Positions 51,491-63,331 are shown, counted from the first letter of the whole stretch. The stretch: 63,331 nt of DNA, filler included, from Choristocarpus tenellus KU-1152 (GCA_964200185.2; 11 parts of 11 records of this genome joined end to end with filler, not necessarily neighbours in it); one strand, 5' to 3'. Numbers and translations are program-made. Notes: generated by a model not told the origin, from the letters alone.

Positions 51491-52415
51491 AGGACATCCC
51501 TGACTCTTCCTTCTGCTGCTTCCTCAGATCAAGCAGATCATACAGTACCTACCTCCTGGTCTGTAGTGCACTATACGTAAGGTGGCTTGCTTTAGAACGT
51601 GTTCGCACCCTACCGTAGCTGCTCCACCAAGAAGAAGATGATGAGGTAGAATCTGCTTTATTAAGTTATAGCGAAGAGTGAGACCTATTCATAAGGGGGG
51701 TAGTTCTTAGTCTCCGAAATCACGTTTTCAGGCAATTTGGTTTATCATCAACTACTGCATTTTCCTAGAATGCTACTTCAATATCACTATATTCCAATGT
51801 CTTAATCCATCAATAATCTACTATACTACACACAGCTTGCTAGGTACATGTACGACTTCACGTACACTATTAACAACATTTTGTATGTACAATACTTTAA
51901 AGCATCTTATGCAAACATTATTTTCTATTATTTTCTATTATTTTCTTGCCTTGCTTATCTTTCTTCTTTGACAGCCATTTCTCCCACTCCAGATTATTTC
52001 TTCAATAAACTACTTTCCCTATTTCTGTGTTAGGCAGGGTCCAATCAGTCGTGGGGGGTGTTTAGAATCACCAGTTGTGTCATCGTGGGGTGCTTCCCCG
52101 AGCTCTCTCAGTTATCAAATCTTAGGAAAGATTTTGATGGGACCTCAGATCCGATGGATGATATCATATCTTTGTGAATGTTCAACCAAAAGTGGTTTGA
52201 GGGTCCTCAACTTTTCTGTGTTTGATATTGTTGGGAACGTCACCATTGACAAAGAAATGTGCGCGCAATACATTTTTGTATGCGCGCGGATGTGTATTTT
52301 AACTGAGATCAGCTTCCAAAGGGACCTGTCCGTGACATCACCCACCCCCAGTGTGACCTCTGTCTGCACACGATAAAAAAAACGTGTCTGACAGTCCCGT
52401 GGGAGAAATTAAAAA

Positions 52416-52749
52416 GAATCATCTGGGTGTCCCAAGAATGTTCTTGTAGCCTATTTGGAGGAGTTCCTTGAAAGTATGTCCTCAACAGGGTTGGAACCCT
52501 AAAGTGTGGTCAAAGAAAAACAATGAATCATTTGAGTATCCCATAAATGTGTATGTAGCCAATTTGGAGGAGTTCCTTGAAAGTTTATCCTCAACAGGGT
52601 TGGAAACCTAGAGTTTGTCAAAAGAAAAACCATGAATCATTTGGGTATCCCATAAATGTTCATGTAGCCAATTTGGAGGAGTTCCTTGAAAGGTTATCCT
52701 CAACAGGGTTGGAAACCTAGAGTTTGTCAAAAGAAAAACCATGAATCAT
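52416..52749. repeat. 109-bp tandem repeat (at least 3 copies, truncated by gap)
   Basis: gtagcc(a/t)atttggaggagttccttgaaag recurs at 52446, 52555, 52664. Confidence 0.95.
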
Positions 52750-52879
52750 NNNNNNNNNNNNNNNNNNNNNNNNNNNNNNNNNNNNNNNNNNNNTTAATTA
52801 ATTAANNNNNNNNNNNNNNNNNNNNNNNNNNNNNNNNNNNNNNNNNNNNTGGTGGGTTTTTTGGAGAGTTTTTTTTTTC

Positions 52880-53068
52880 TGTCTCGGGGGGCAAAGTTTG
52901 GGGGGGGGGGGGGGGTGCTTTCCATTCGGGGCCTATTTTTCCATGTGACGATTTTTGGGTGATTTGGTTGCATACATTGGGTGGATGATGTAAGTGCCCT
53001 TCTCCTGCCTATGACCTGAATGGACGCCCTAGTGTAGACCCCTCCCCCCCCCCCAGATACTCTGATTC
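52880..53068 (+). mobile_element. MITE type B
   Basis: poly-G, B interior (gatttttgggtgatttggttgcatac), gtgtagacccc...cagatactctgattc. Confidence 0.78.
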
Positions 53069-53176
53069 ACTTTTGGGGAAAGCTTTTGATCAGTAAAAAA
53101 GAAAAAAGATCAGACCACAGAAGTGGTTGCATGTTGCATGATGCTAAGTGTTTTTTTCCGCTGGTACCGACGTGTA

Positions 53177-53202
53177 AGGGTTAGGGTTAGGGTTAGGGTT
53201 AG
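53177..53202 (+). repeat. Interstitial telomere-type repeat (TTAGGG)n, ~4 copies
   Basis: agggttagggttagggttagggttag. Confidence 0.85.
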
Positions 53203-54039
53203 CTGACTGGAACATCCCTAGTAAGACATTTAGCAGAAAAAACCTCACCAGCTGCGAAGCGCTGCAAACATGTGTCAGCTACAGGTTTGTATTCACAAGC
53301 ACCAAGCACTATACACGGATGTATTTTCACATCCACTTAGTTGAGGAATTAGACAGGGACATTCTTGGGGGCCCCGTAGCAAAGATCATTGTTCACATTA
53401 AATGGATGTACCAACTACTCTCTAAACCACTTGAAGTGGACATCAGTGCGACACAGGATGGTGATTCATGCAAAGACTACCAGGTAGCTGACTGATAGTA
53501 AATTGCCTTCGTTCTGTAGCATAGACAACAAACACATATTTTCGGCACAATGGTTGTGAGTTGGATATCTGCTCCATTTAGGAGTCTCTCCAATAGAGAT
53601 GGGAGGGAGGAGAGGATGTGTGTTTTTTTTCGGGAACATAGAGGTGACACTGCTGACCAATCAGAAGACAGGAAATTGTGGTGCTGTGCAACCTGTGCAT
53701 GGTTCACGAGCATCGATACTTTTCACATGGCCTTTGAACCAATCGGCATGATGCTCTGAACACTTCAACCAAACCCTGTCCGTGAGTCAGAGGTAGGGTC
53801 AGGGTCAGTGTGTAGGGGAGTTTCCCACAAATATTTTACACGACATGGAGCAAGAGGAAGGACTGTAAGGTAAAAGACCATCCCAACCACTCCTGCATCG
53901 AGCACCAAAGCAGCGGAAAGGCTTACCATGCAGAGGTGCAAACAGGTGGTGCTGTGGAAGAAACATTCAAATGCCGTTTTTGATAGAGCTAGACTCTGTA
54001 AGTCGCCCTTCACTTCTGTTTCATATTTTTTTTCTTTTT

Positions 54040-54297
54040 GAGTGAATATATCCTAGAGGGTACGAGATTTGCCCTGTTTGTCTGTTAGGGGCTTGGCTTC
54101 TCACGTTTTTGTTTTTGATGACTTTTCACCTACTCCGAAATTTCGGAGTAGGTTTCATGTATTAAACTATGAAAAGGTGTGTCTGGAACAAGGATATTGA
54201 CACTTCCTAACGAACACGATTGCTAAAATTACATCAAAATCGCAACATTGGATTTTGGACCCCAAACGAACACGGCTCTACCCTCTAAGATTGACTC
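54040..54297 (+). mobile_element. MITE type A
   Basis: gagtgaatatatcctagagggta ... taccctctaagattgactc; flanks tttt/tttt; perfect 26-bp central palindrome. Confidence 0.87.
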
Positions 54298-54329
54298 TTT
54301 TGATGTACCTCAATCATATGTTTCTGATA

Positions 54330-54560
54330 TTATCAGTATTATTGTCAATGTCAACATCAATATTTTTATCAATGTTTTTATCACTACTATTATCCATACC
54401 ATTATCAATCTTATTATCACCATTATTGTCAATTCTATTATCAATATTATCACCAATACTACTGTCAATACTATCGCTACTATCCCTACCAATATTATCA
54501 ATACTATATTTACTGTCATTGTTACTGCTATTGCTGCAGTTGTTTAATACAATATTTCTA
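54330..54560. repeat. Low-complexity degenerate trinucleotide tract (ATT/ATC/ACT)
   Basis: attattgtcaat / attatcaat units; the source of the spurious I/N/T- and L/S-rich ORFs. Confidence 0.8.
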
Positions 54561-56912
54561 TAATTTCAACATATATCCTCGTTTCCAACCTACTACGTCT
54601 GTATGAAGTATTCAATAAAAAATAAAAATAATAATAATATATTCATTATAAAAGAACTTTATAATCTTTTCTGCTTCACATTATTAGTAGTTCTCCTTTC
54701 CAAACAACTACTGGTGCACGGTCGTTGCTGGAACAATCTTGACTGAGTTTGGACGAACATTGGTCAAGCACAATAATCAGCACATATATTTAGGTCTGGC
54801 TTAGACATTGTTTACACTGTCCAGCAGAGTCTCTCTGTAGGTGAAGTGATTCAATGACATTCCTCAGCAAGCTGGAATAGGGCAGTGGAGTTCTAGAACG
54901 CTCTTTATCAAAGACAAAACAAATTTCTGCAACTTAGCACCTCGATACGTATTGATAGCAGCAGTGGATCAGCAACTCTAGTTGTGACATGGTCATTGAC
55001 ATTCCTTAATGGCGGTTGATCTTCCTCACCTTGCAGAGAGCTGGTAACCGAGGCATGCATTCACCTCCCGGTTCACTGTTCATCTCACCGCCCTCTTCAG
55101 GATGGTCCTCTTTCAGTGAGAGGGAGGAAGCCTCGCCTGGGGGAATCTTTTCACTCAGGTCCTTCAGCTCCTGCTCAGGCGCCAAGTGTGTTGATGGAGG
55201 AGAGCTCTGATTTCTGTTTGTCGGGACATGATGTCTCTTGACTGAATGCAGTGTATAGGAGAGTACTTTTACCGAGATACATACCTGTGTATAGGAGTTG
55301 CTTCAAAGAAAGGACTCGCCTGCTAAGTGTTTCAGATATCCTCTTTCCAATTCCTCGAGATTATATACAAAATGTAGTGTACATTGGTCCGGATGCGGGG
55401 GAACCTTGACACATCTACAGTGAGGTAAGGATTATAGTACTGCTTTCCCAGCCCATAGAATCCTAGACAGGGGGTTAGTCAGTCCATTCAGGGCTTGTGT
55501 AAGCCTGTAGTGATTTCGTGCCATAGGAGTGAACATGTCAGACATAAGAGCAACTCTCTTCATCTGAGCTCACCTTCCTTTTCCATTCCCCTGCCTACAC
55601 CAAATCCGAAGTAGATTTCACGCGCAAACAGGGATCAAAATGGGGTATCATACAACACCTCATCAAGCACCGAATGGCAACTTGGTCTAAACACCCCCCC
55701 CTCTCCCCATTAGGATACTATGGGGGGAGAACCCTTCACAATATTGTCCTTTTCTTTGAAGGGAATTCTAAGCACAATTGGCTTGGACAGCTGTGAGTAG
55801 GAAAAAAGTCTAAATGCAGGACACCTGCCCAGATTGTTTGGACTTGAGTGCTTTTAGCCGTTTTCGTTTCATTGCAAGCAGCTTATACAACCATCAGCGA
55901 AACAACTGATTGACTCCCACATAATTATGTCAGTTTCTTGGGTCAAAGTATCTGAGGGGGGGGTGCCGGCATCCGTTTTTGACCCCAACTGTATCCCGAG
56001 GCCCTTTCCTGATACTTATGGAAGATCATCCCCGTCCTGCTCAAACAAATCCAGAAGGCACAGAGGAACTGATACACTATCTGGAGAGTGGTGAAATACC
56101 TGCACTGTGGTACGATCAGGGTCCTTTGCAGGGTCGCCTTGCAACAGCAGGTGACCGATCTTTGAAAGTAATCCACAATATGTTGGGGGTAGCAGGGCGC
56201 ACATTTGACAAAAAAAAGTACAAGTCTGAGAGTTGCAGTGTTACAGTAAGACTCATGTCAAACATTTGGTGGGCAGAAGGCTGGTTCTCCACGGCGAATC
56301 CGACCCTATTCTATGCACCGTGAAAGGCTATGGATACAGCAAGTCATTCCAACTGTAGTTTCAGTTTGATTGGAGGCAGTGCGCGTGAGAGATGGTCCTG
56401 GGATTCCCCTTCTGGACAATTATCAACTCCTCTACCACTATAGCAATGACTCAACACAACCAACACGTTGTAGCTTACCCTGACTCTTCACACATTCAAG
56501 GCCTTCCCTTCGGTTGAAGGTAGACCCCGCTCACTTCCAATTATCTCCCTGATGGACACATTGAAACTACAAATCTTCAAAAGGGCAATATGCTTGCCCT
56601 TTTGTTGGTGCTAGAAGTGCCCGAGGTCGATTAGGTTTGGAGCGTGCAGAGGTCTGTCACCGGTGAGCTAATGGGGCGACTCTAGTCCCGGACCTATAAT
56701 TTTTTGTTATGCATGTTTTCTTCAACATATACCTTGAGCACTGCATAAACAAAAAGGATCCCAATCCATAGTGATCAGAACTAGGGATATTCTCGGAATA
56801 CTTACGCACTGATTTAGTCAGCGCTCTACTCAAAGCTCGTTGTATGAAGAAATAGTACCCAGCCCCATAAACATCCTAGTGACATAGCAGGCGTGCCTCT
56901 TCGTTTGCTTGC

Positions 56913-56949
<37 letters not shown>

Positions 56950-57265
56950 ACACACATACACATTTCGACTTCTCTATGCTGGTAAGGATGTTTTGCTTCT
57001 CCTGAAAGAGGAAAAATAACGATGTCATATATCCTTCTGAACCAAGATTCACAGATTTCACTGTTGACACCCAGTGTAGATTTCTATTGCTGCACAATCA
57101 TAATTCAAATTTCAATTCAAAGCAGTTGGAAATGCTTGGCAATTGTGACCATAGCATATTTTTAGGGCGCTATTTCTGTAGGACTGTAGATGAAGCCAAG
57201 CTCGCTAGTACTGGAGGGACAGTGAATTCAGAAAACCCAGTCGGGGGGTTGGCTCTTGTCTGTAC

Positions 57266-60200
57266 CTCTAACCTCAAGAGAAATCCCTTTTGCAACCCAT
57301 GTTCTTGCAATATTTTCGATGCCTCAGTGTGGTGGAAGAAGGCAGTGCCGACTGTGTCAAGAGCCACTTGTTACAGAGGGTCCCATGAGGCCATTTTGTG
57401 GCACTGCAACGAGAAACTATGTGATCAACATTCATCCCTCATTATCCCATGAAGGTGGCCTTGATTGCAATTTTTTGAGACAGAAGGAATAAATAATGTT
57501 CCCAAGCAGAGATTCGAGTGTTGTTACAGGCTGTCACAAAGAATAATAATAGGAAGGAAATTACGGATGGAGTTCAAAGGAAGGTGAGCGATGATTTTGG
57601 ATACTTGACGAACAAAATTATTCAAAGAGGAACATCACAAGCATTTGCAGCATACCCCCCCTCCTCCTCCTCCTCCTCCTCCTCCTCCTCGTCCTCCTCC
57701 TCCTCGTCCTCCTCCTCCTCTTCCTCATCCTCTTCATGCTCCAACTCACCTGCGTCTGCCTCCTAAGAAAGGCAGAGTTGATCTCTATAAAAGCTTCGTC
57801 AATCCCCTCATCAGCCTCCTCTGCAACCTCCCAGAACCGGCTTTCCTTTCCATCTCCAAGACACCCTCCAAACCCCGTCAGAGTAGGTCCGAAATCCAGG
57901 TTTTCAATGTCTTCACACAGAGATAGGATGTCCATTTTATTGTTGTTTTGGGTCCTTTCGCGTTTATTGACTACACCCCCTCGCATGGTAATGTCCACCT
58001 CTTCCTCTTCCCCCTTTGTGGTCATGGCCTTGATCACATTTAATCCTGCATACAGCTTCTTCCAGCGTGGCCGAGTGGAGAAATGCCCTCCTCCTGGTGC
58101 TTGAAGTACATTCTCAATGTAACTCCAAGTACCCAAATCTAGTGGCAAACGCCTTCCATATTTTTTTCCATTTTGCAGCGATGTCAATTAGAATTCAGAG
58201 TGCTTAGTAAGAAATGTTACATTCATCAACGACAGTGAGGTCATTACCGAAGTATTGGCATTCTTCAGGCAGGGGGTAAAGGGCAGGAAGAGATGCAAGT
58301 ACTATGTAACTGAGACTGCAGTAGAGTCTCTTGGAACTCTTTAGGCAGGGATGATGGCAACAAGGTATCCTATCAAAATCAACAACTGAAAATGAAAATT
58401 ACTCTGCACCTGGCGATTTTCAACCCCCATACCTCCTCTTTTTTTTGCACCTTGTCATTATGTTACTAATATACACTCCGTACCTAGTGGGGAATTTTTG
58501 GACGAGATTTGGACTGTCCAAACATTGCATCCCTTCATTAAGTTATGTCCACCGTCACATCTGTGTTGCTCCAAATATTTTAAATCTTATTCAGTCCTTT
58601 GTTACCAGGAAGTATGGTGACTCCCTCAGAAGTTTGACCCAACCAATTAAGAGGGTAGGAAGTTTTTTCCTATTTGTCCGTTCGAGGCTTGCCTTCCCAC
58701 GGTTTTTTATGCCCTTTTTCAGTTTTCTGTGTGAACACAGTTACATAAAATGTTTGCGACTATGAAAGGTGTATTTGGAGCAAGGATATTGACACTTGTT
58801 AACAAACACAACAGCCAAAATGAGTCAAAATCGCAGTATTGAATTTATGAACCCGAGCGGATGCGGCCCTACCCTCTTAAATGCTTTGGGTCACTTATGC
58901 AAAGCAATATTTCACTCTTGTCACTCTATCCTTCAGAAAAGATGCTGATCAAGACCCACTCACTGCTGCCCAGTAGTTGCTATACTAGAACCTTAACCTT
59001 AACCCTAATCCTAAAAACTGTAATCCTAGTTGACTACAAGTGTGCATTGCCAATGTATCCCTTTCTGTTGCAGGCAGAAAATAGTGCTGGAGTAATATAT
59101 ATATATATATATCAGTAATGAATGATACAATGATCCTTCCCTGTTTCCTATGGTCAACTTGATTCAGGTTTGATGATGAAAGCTAGGCTGCAAGCACATG
59201 AAATAATACTCCGAGTAGCACCATCATAGCACAGAAGTGAACATTGATAAAGGTGGATGGAATATGGGTAAATTATACACGATACTCAAGCTAGAGCACT
59301 ATACAGAAAGCCTGCTACGAGCAGCTGTAACACAAACCAAAGCTCTTTGAGAAGAGATGAGGTGCTTATGTAAGTGTTGCTGTTCTGGTGTACACAGCTA
59401 CACCTTCGGAAGGAGGGTTGACGGGGTTGACTATATTCAGGGATGAGCGTAGTTTATTTTTGTAAAAAGGTTTAATACGGTCTTCAAACTCAAAAGGGTA
59501 AAAAAATCGATCTACCTCTCTTCAATGGTTCACTCTACCTGATGGAAGTGTCTTTGAGGACATGAAGAGAATCAGGATCGGCTAACATTTTAGCAACCTT
59601 GTTCAGCTGCCGTCGGATGTATGGATCGTTGATTTTTTTTGTTGCTTTGTTCAGGAGTTTGATGCTCTTCTGGAAGGGAGTTTCCAGGGCATTCATGAAC
59701 AGTTCCTCCTGCGTGTGCTCATCTAGTTGCGTTGACAGGCGACGAGTTTTCCTCCCTTTGGACAATTCCCTTTCAACTACACTTGGATGTCCATTAGTTG
59801 TGGGCAAAGGAGGCAAATCATCAAGAAATTCACTCGATTCGCTATCTTCAGTTGATGTTCCTCCTACTGAGCTTTCTTGTTGCCAACCCTCTTCTTCCAC
59901 AATGTTGCTGTCCTCCGTCATATTCTCCCCACAGTTATCACCAGGGCCTCTGTTATCCTTCGGTAGAGCAACCGCCATGTACTTTGTGGAGAGAGGAGGA
60001 GCTACACTGGGACTGCTCCTTCGACTTTTCCCATGTTAGAGATAAAAACATTATTCAGGGCGAACGAAACGACCGAGAAGGACATGAACCGAAGTAAACT
60101 CAAGGAAACGCGTTGGTATAGACAATAGAGCTCAAAGAGGCAACGAACTTGCATATGTGGCAATCCAACCATACACCTGCCAGAAGCACAGTCATGCTAT

Positions 60201-60896
60201 GCTCTATATTACTGATAGTAGGTGAACCCTCCTCAAGTTCTTGTAGCCCCTGGAAATGAATAGGTCATGATAATATTCGCAGATCACAGAGTAAATCGTT
60301 ACCTCTCCAATTTCGTCCAAATGTCCCACATCAGGAGGATGTGGACCGCAACCGGGATGAGAGTTGAGATGAGCTGAGGGATTCCTTCGTAAGGTGATAG
60401 ACCCTTCAAAAAATGTACAGTTACACAGATGAAGCTAATTAGTATCACCCATTCTCGCTGCCGACGCTGCAGCCAGATAATGAACTTCTTCTGAGCGCCC
60501 TCGTCATCGTCACCACCATCTCCTCCGCATTCCACCACTGGTAGACCATATTTACCTCCTTCCTCACTAACAGCAACAGTTTCTGACAGCTTCTCTTGCT
60601 TTCCATCTCCTCTATCAAGTCCACTTTCCTTATATCCTATTCCTATCCCCTTATGTTCCTTGATGTTAGTCCCTTCCCCTGAGCAGCTTGTTGCTTCCCT
60701 TCCTTTGGGATTAAGTGGGGGTAAAGTCAAGGTTCGATCTCTCCGACCTTCCTCGAGGAGCACAACCGGCGATTTTGAGCACTCAGTATCACCCTTAAAT
60801 GGCAACCAACTCTCTTCTCGTTTTTCTAATGGCTTGACCTGGGATGATATGTTCGAACTGTCCAAGGACATGTTTTCAACGTGTTCTATTGTACCC
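57266..60896 (-). CDS. Multi-exon hypothetical protein with two hydrophobic segments; weak resemblance to the region preceding a class I phosphodiesterase domain
   Basis: Long open exons ~60303-60896 (WVILISFICVTVHFL, LISTLIPVAVHILLMW) and 59539-60024 (phase-2 join; LETPFQKSIKLL...), each ending at a GT donor. Further candidates ~57750-58099 and ~57266-57367 also end at GT donors. Start codon and some joins are unresolved. Confidence 0.55.
57655..57735. repeat. (CCT)n microsatellite, intronic
   Basis: cctcctcct... just past the minus-strand CAG|GTGAGT donor at ~57750. Confidence 0.9.
58636..58892 (+). mobile_element. MITE type A, variant subfamily
   Basis: gacccaaccaattaagagggta ... taccctcttaaatgctttgggtc; interior like 32119-32359. 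Confidence 0.82.
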
Positions 60897-61328
60897 TACA
60901 TGCGTGGATCCTTAGGTCCCCATCAGAGTATATTGGGAGCTGTAGTGGTCCCTCGTCTGCCGACTCTAGAAAGTGATTATATGTTGGGCACCAATAGAGC
61001 CACGATCCCCGTGAAGGGGTCACCCCTCCTTGAGCTCTCCCAGGTTCTGGCGGAAGACGTCGTGGCGGTTATATACGGTTTCATTAATATGTTGAATAAC
61101 GTTGTCGTGAGAACGCCGCCTCCGGATCAGCCTTAGCAACGAGTGCCGCAAATTGTATAGAGTAAAGAAAAACTTGATTATTTCGCTTTAGTCAGCGGAA
61201 TTCTCGCATGCAATTACTACCTGTTGCCCAGGCTGCACAAAATCCCATATCAAAAGAGTGAAGAAGGTCTGATTTGTTTCCGACACTGCGTGTCCATACT
61301 TAAGAGGACTTGTGCTGCTTAAAGAACG

Positions 61329-62804
61329 ATGGGCGCATCCGCTAGCGCCAAACGGCATCAAAAAATGAGCCGGGAGGTCATGAAGTGAGTCGACACATCG
61401 TGATCTTCCATCTTTTGAGAGCTCAATCGACCTATCCCTCAAAAAAGCAAGAATTGTTATACTGAGGTATCGTATCTCAATGATAAATTCTGCCTGCTGT
61501 CCCCACCCAGTTGGCCATTATGGAAGGAAACCATGTGCTTGACAAAGGCCAACATCAATGGCCTGATCAAGACATTTGAGCAGGTGTATATTGCTATTTT
61601 AACACCTTCTACAGTGTCCGAGGCCGGTGCCACAGGAGTGATAACTTGCTTGCTGTTGAGGTCGGGGCAAGGCGTAAGAGGACAGACGACGATTGAATTG
61701 CGGCAATATCACAACAATTGCAGGCGCCTTAACCAAGCAGTTTACATCCTTAAGCCGAGTACTATTGCTGGCAGAAAACTCATATTGGTTTTCACTGCAG
61801 CACATCTCCCTCAACAGAGGGGTGACACATACAACTACTCTTATCTGACCATCTTGCCCTGACATGAGCACCAACGATTTACAACAGTACTCTGAAATGC
61901 GTTAGCATTGACTAAAAAATCGCTTTAGATCAGCGAGGAACCAGTTATGCTCTGAGCAAGTGGCCTCTCTCCGGTCTCATGTAACTGAACTCATGCATAG
62001 AACCTCTTCTATCTGAACGTGAATCCAGGCCTGCCTTCCAATGGAGGACCACATGCGGCGTGTGGACTTCGAAGACTGGCTAGAGGTTTCCCCCAAGGCC
62101 CCCACACCATTCACCAGGGTCTTCGGCGCATTCAGTGCTGGGAATGAGAGGGTGAGAAGTCATCAAGAGCAGAGGGGCTCGAATTGGAGGACTGTATCCA
62201 TTGATGTGATATAAAAGAGCGGCAAAAACACCACAATGGCGTGGCTACATTGCTGAGAATGGTCGGGGACTACCACAATCGAGTTCAAAACGGGTTATCT
62301 TGAAAAGAAATCCCGAGACATTTTTCATACTCTCTATTATCCAGTATGATCTTCTGCTGTCCGTCTTTGGCCCTACTGATGATATCCTGGTTCTGAAGAT
62401 GAAAGAGGACTTGTATCAACAATTACAAATTATATTAATTGAATTGCAACCTCGATCAAGTCACAACATGTTCAAACATTACAAATTCACACAAGGCAAT
62501 ATAGGCGCTATGTATGATGATGTTTACTTGAAGCAATCTAAGCACTCCAGTCTCTATAAATACACTGAAACAGATCCAATTTAGGGAGTTCATGGATTCG
62601 ATGTGCAACTACTGTATCGGCGAGAAGGTCAACCTCTGGAGACTGGCATTTGACATATATGATCACAGTGGCACAGGCCAACTTGGCGAGATATCAATAG
62701 ATAATCTTTTTTCCGATGTCTTCGGCACCAACTGGTCAGATAACAAAAAGAATATTGGAGAGGAAGGACGGGAGCCCAAGTGTATGGGGAAGTTCCGCAA
62801 GTGA
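61329..62804 (+). CDS. Putatively N-myristoylated EF-hand protein (calcineurin B / NCS-like)
   Basis: Phase-compatible exons 61329-61384, 61511-61583, 62029-62151, 62574-62804 (3' end uncertain). Peptide MGASASAKRH...INGLIKTFEQ...PFTRVFGAF...IQFREFMDSMCNYC...LWRLAFDIYDHSGTGQLG; contains MGxxxS and the I.F.EF / AF.IYD..G.G EF-hand signatures. Confidence 0.78.
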
Positions 62805-63313
62805 AAAGAAAATTTCTCTCACATACTTGAAGCCTGTCCGCTGTGAGAAGCAAACCTAGCCACCAAGTACTGATCTTGATCAATGAGTGCAGTTTGCATG
62901 CCCCCCTGATGACAGGCAAGTATTGATTTCTATACCTGTCTGTATCCGCACCATCGTTTTTTTCAACTTGGCTACTACCCACTACAGACCTGCACAGCAA
63001 AGCGGATCTCAAGCACTTGCTCACATTTCTCCCAACCTAAACCTGTCCAATTGGACTATCAACTGAGCTTTCTACTAAGAAATTAATCCAGGTACTGACG
63101 TACTTTAAATGCAGGTCTTCAGATCCTCTGGCTAGTCCCTTAAGGGAGGAGTGTTTTGCTGGTCTGGAATCCATGGACTGGAATGCTTGGTGCCGTTTTT
63201 GTACCAGGCACCCGAACATTTTTACTACAATTTTCACCCTCCAGAACCGCCTGCAGGTGCTTGTGTGAGTAGTCTCTCGCATTTGCTTTTTGGTGCTGCA
63301 TGTATCATGTATG

Positions 63314-63331
63314 GACCCAAAGTATCTGGGG
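63314..63331 (+). mobile_element. 5' TIR of another MITE type B/D at window end
   Basis: gacccaaagtatctgggg. Confidence 0.7.

Noticed and set aside
54248-54563. I/N/T-rich and L/S-rich ORFs resembling membrane proteins
   Set aside because: Low-complexity trinucleotide tract.
57518-57926. Poly-Ser, poly-Pro and poly-Arg ORFs
   Set aside because: Translations of an intronic (CCT)n microsatellite.
60177-60249. Extra exon of the minus-strand membrane protein gene
   Set aside because: Phase-incompatible with the upstream donor (introduces TAG); the flanking exons join in frame without it.
1-63331. Functional cluster of trafficking and motility genes (SEC16, dynein, ANTH protein)
   Set aside because: Each lies on a different contig joined artificially, so there is no evidence of linkage.

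Overview
This is eukaryotic, intron-rich, repeat-rich genomic DNA with no prokaryotic operon and no CRISPR array. It is most consistent with a stramenopile, probably a brown alga. That is inferred from TTAGGG tracts, an outer-arm dynein, an FNIP-repeat protein and RTE, Copia and DD39D-mariner remnants. The window is an artificial concatenation of 11 contigs joined by 100-nt N spacers containing TTAATTAATTAA, so adjacency across gaps carries no information. Spliced genes reconstructed by hand: a SEC16 fragment (+, 1-5054), an axonemal outer-arm-type dynein heavy chain fragment (-, 14 exons, 23840-32487, two GC-AG introns), a SLA2/HIP1-like ANTH-domain fragment (+, 33049-35104) and a 2-exon FNIP-repeat protein (+, 45323-47112). 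Also present are an unknown membrane protein (-, about 57266-60896) lying head-to-head with a putatively N-myristoylated EF-hand protein (+, 61329-62804), and an atypical tRNA-Asp(GTC). The dominant unexplained structure is a set of about 24 copies or fragments of four MITE types sharing G(A/G)NNNAAAGTA termini and mostly 3-bp target duplications, including one nested insertion. Most ORFs in the supplied track are spurious. I found no clear evidence of a new multi-gene biological system. The best candidates for follow-up are the MITE set, the mariner-to-Stowaway intermediate and the FNIP gene.
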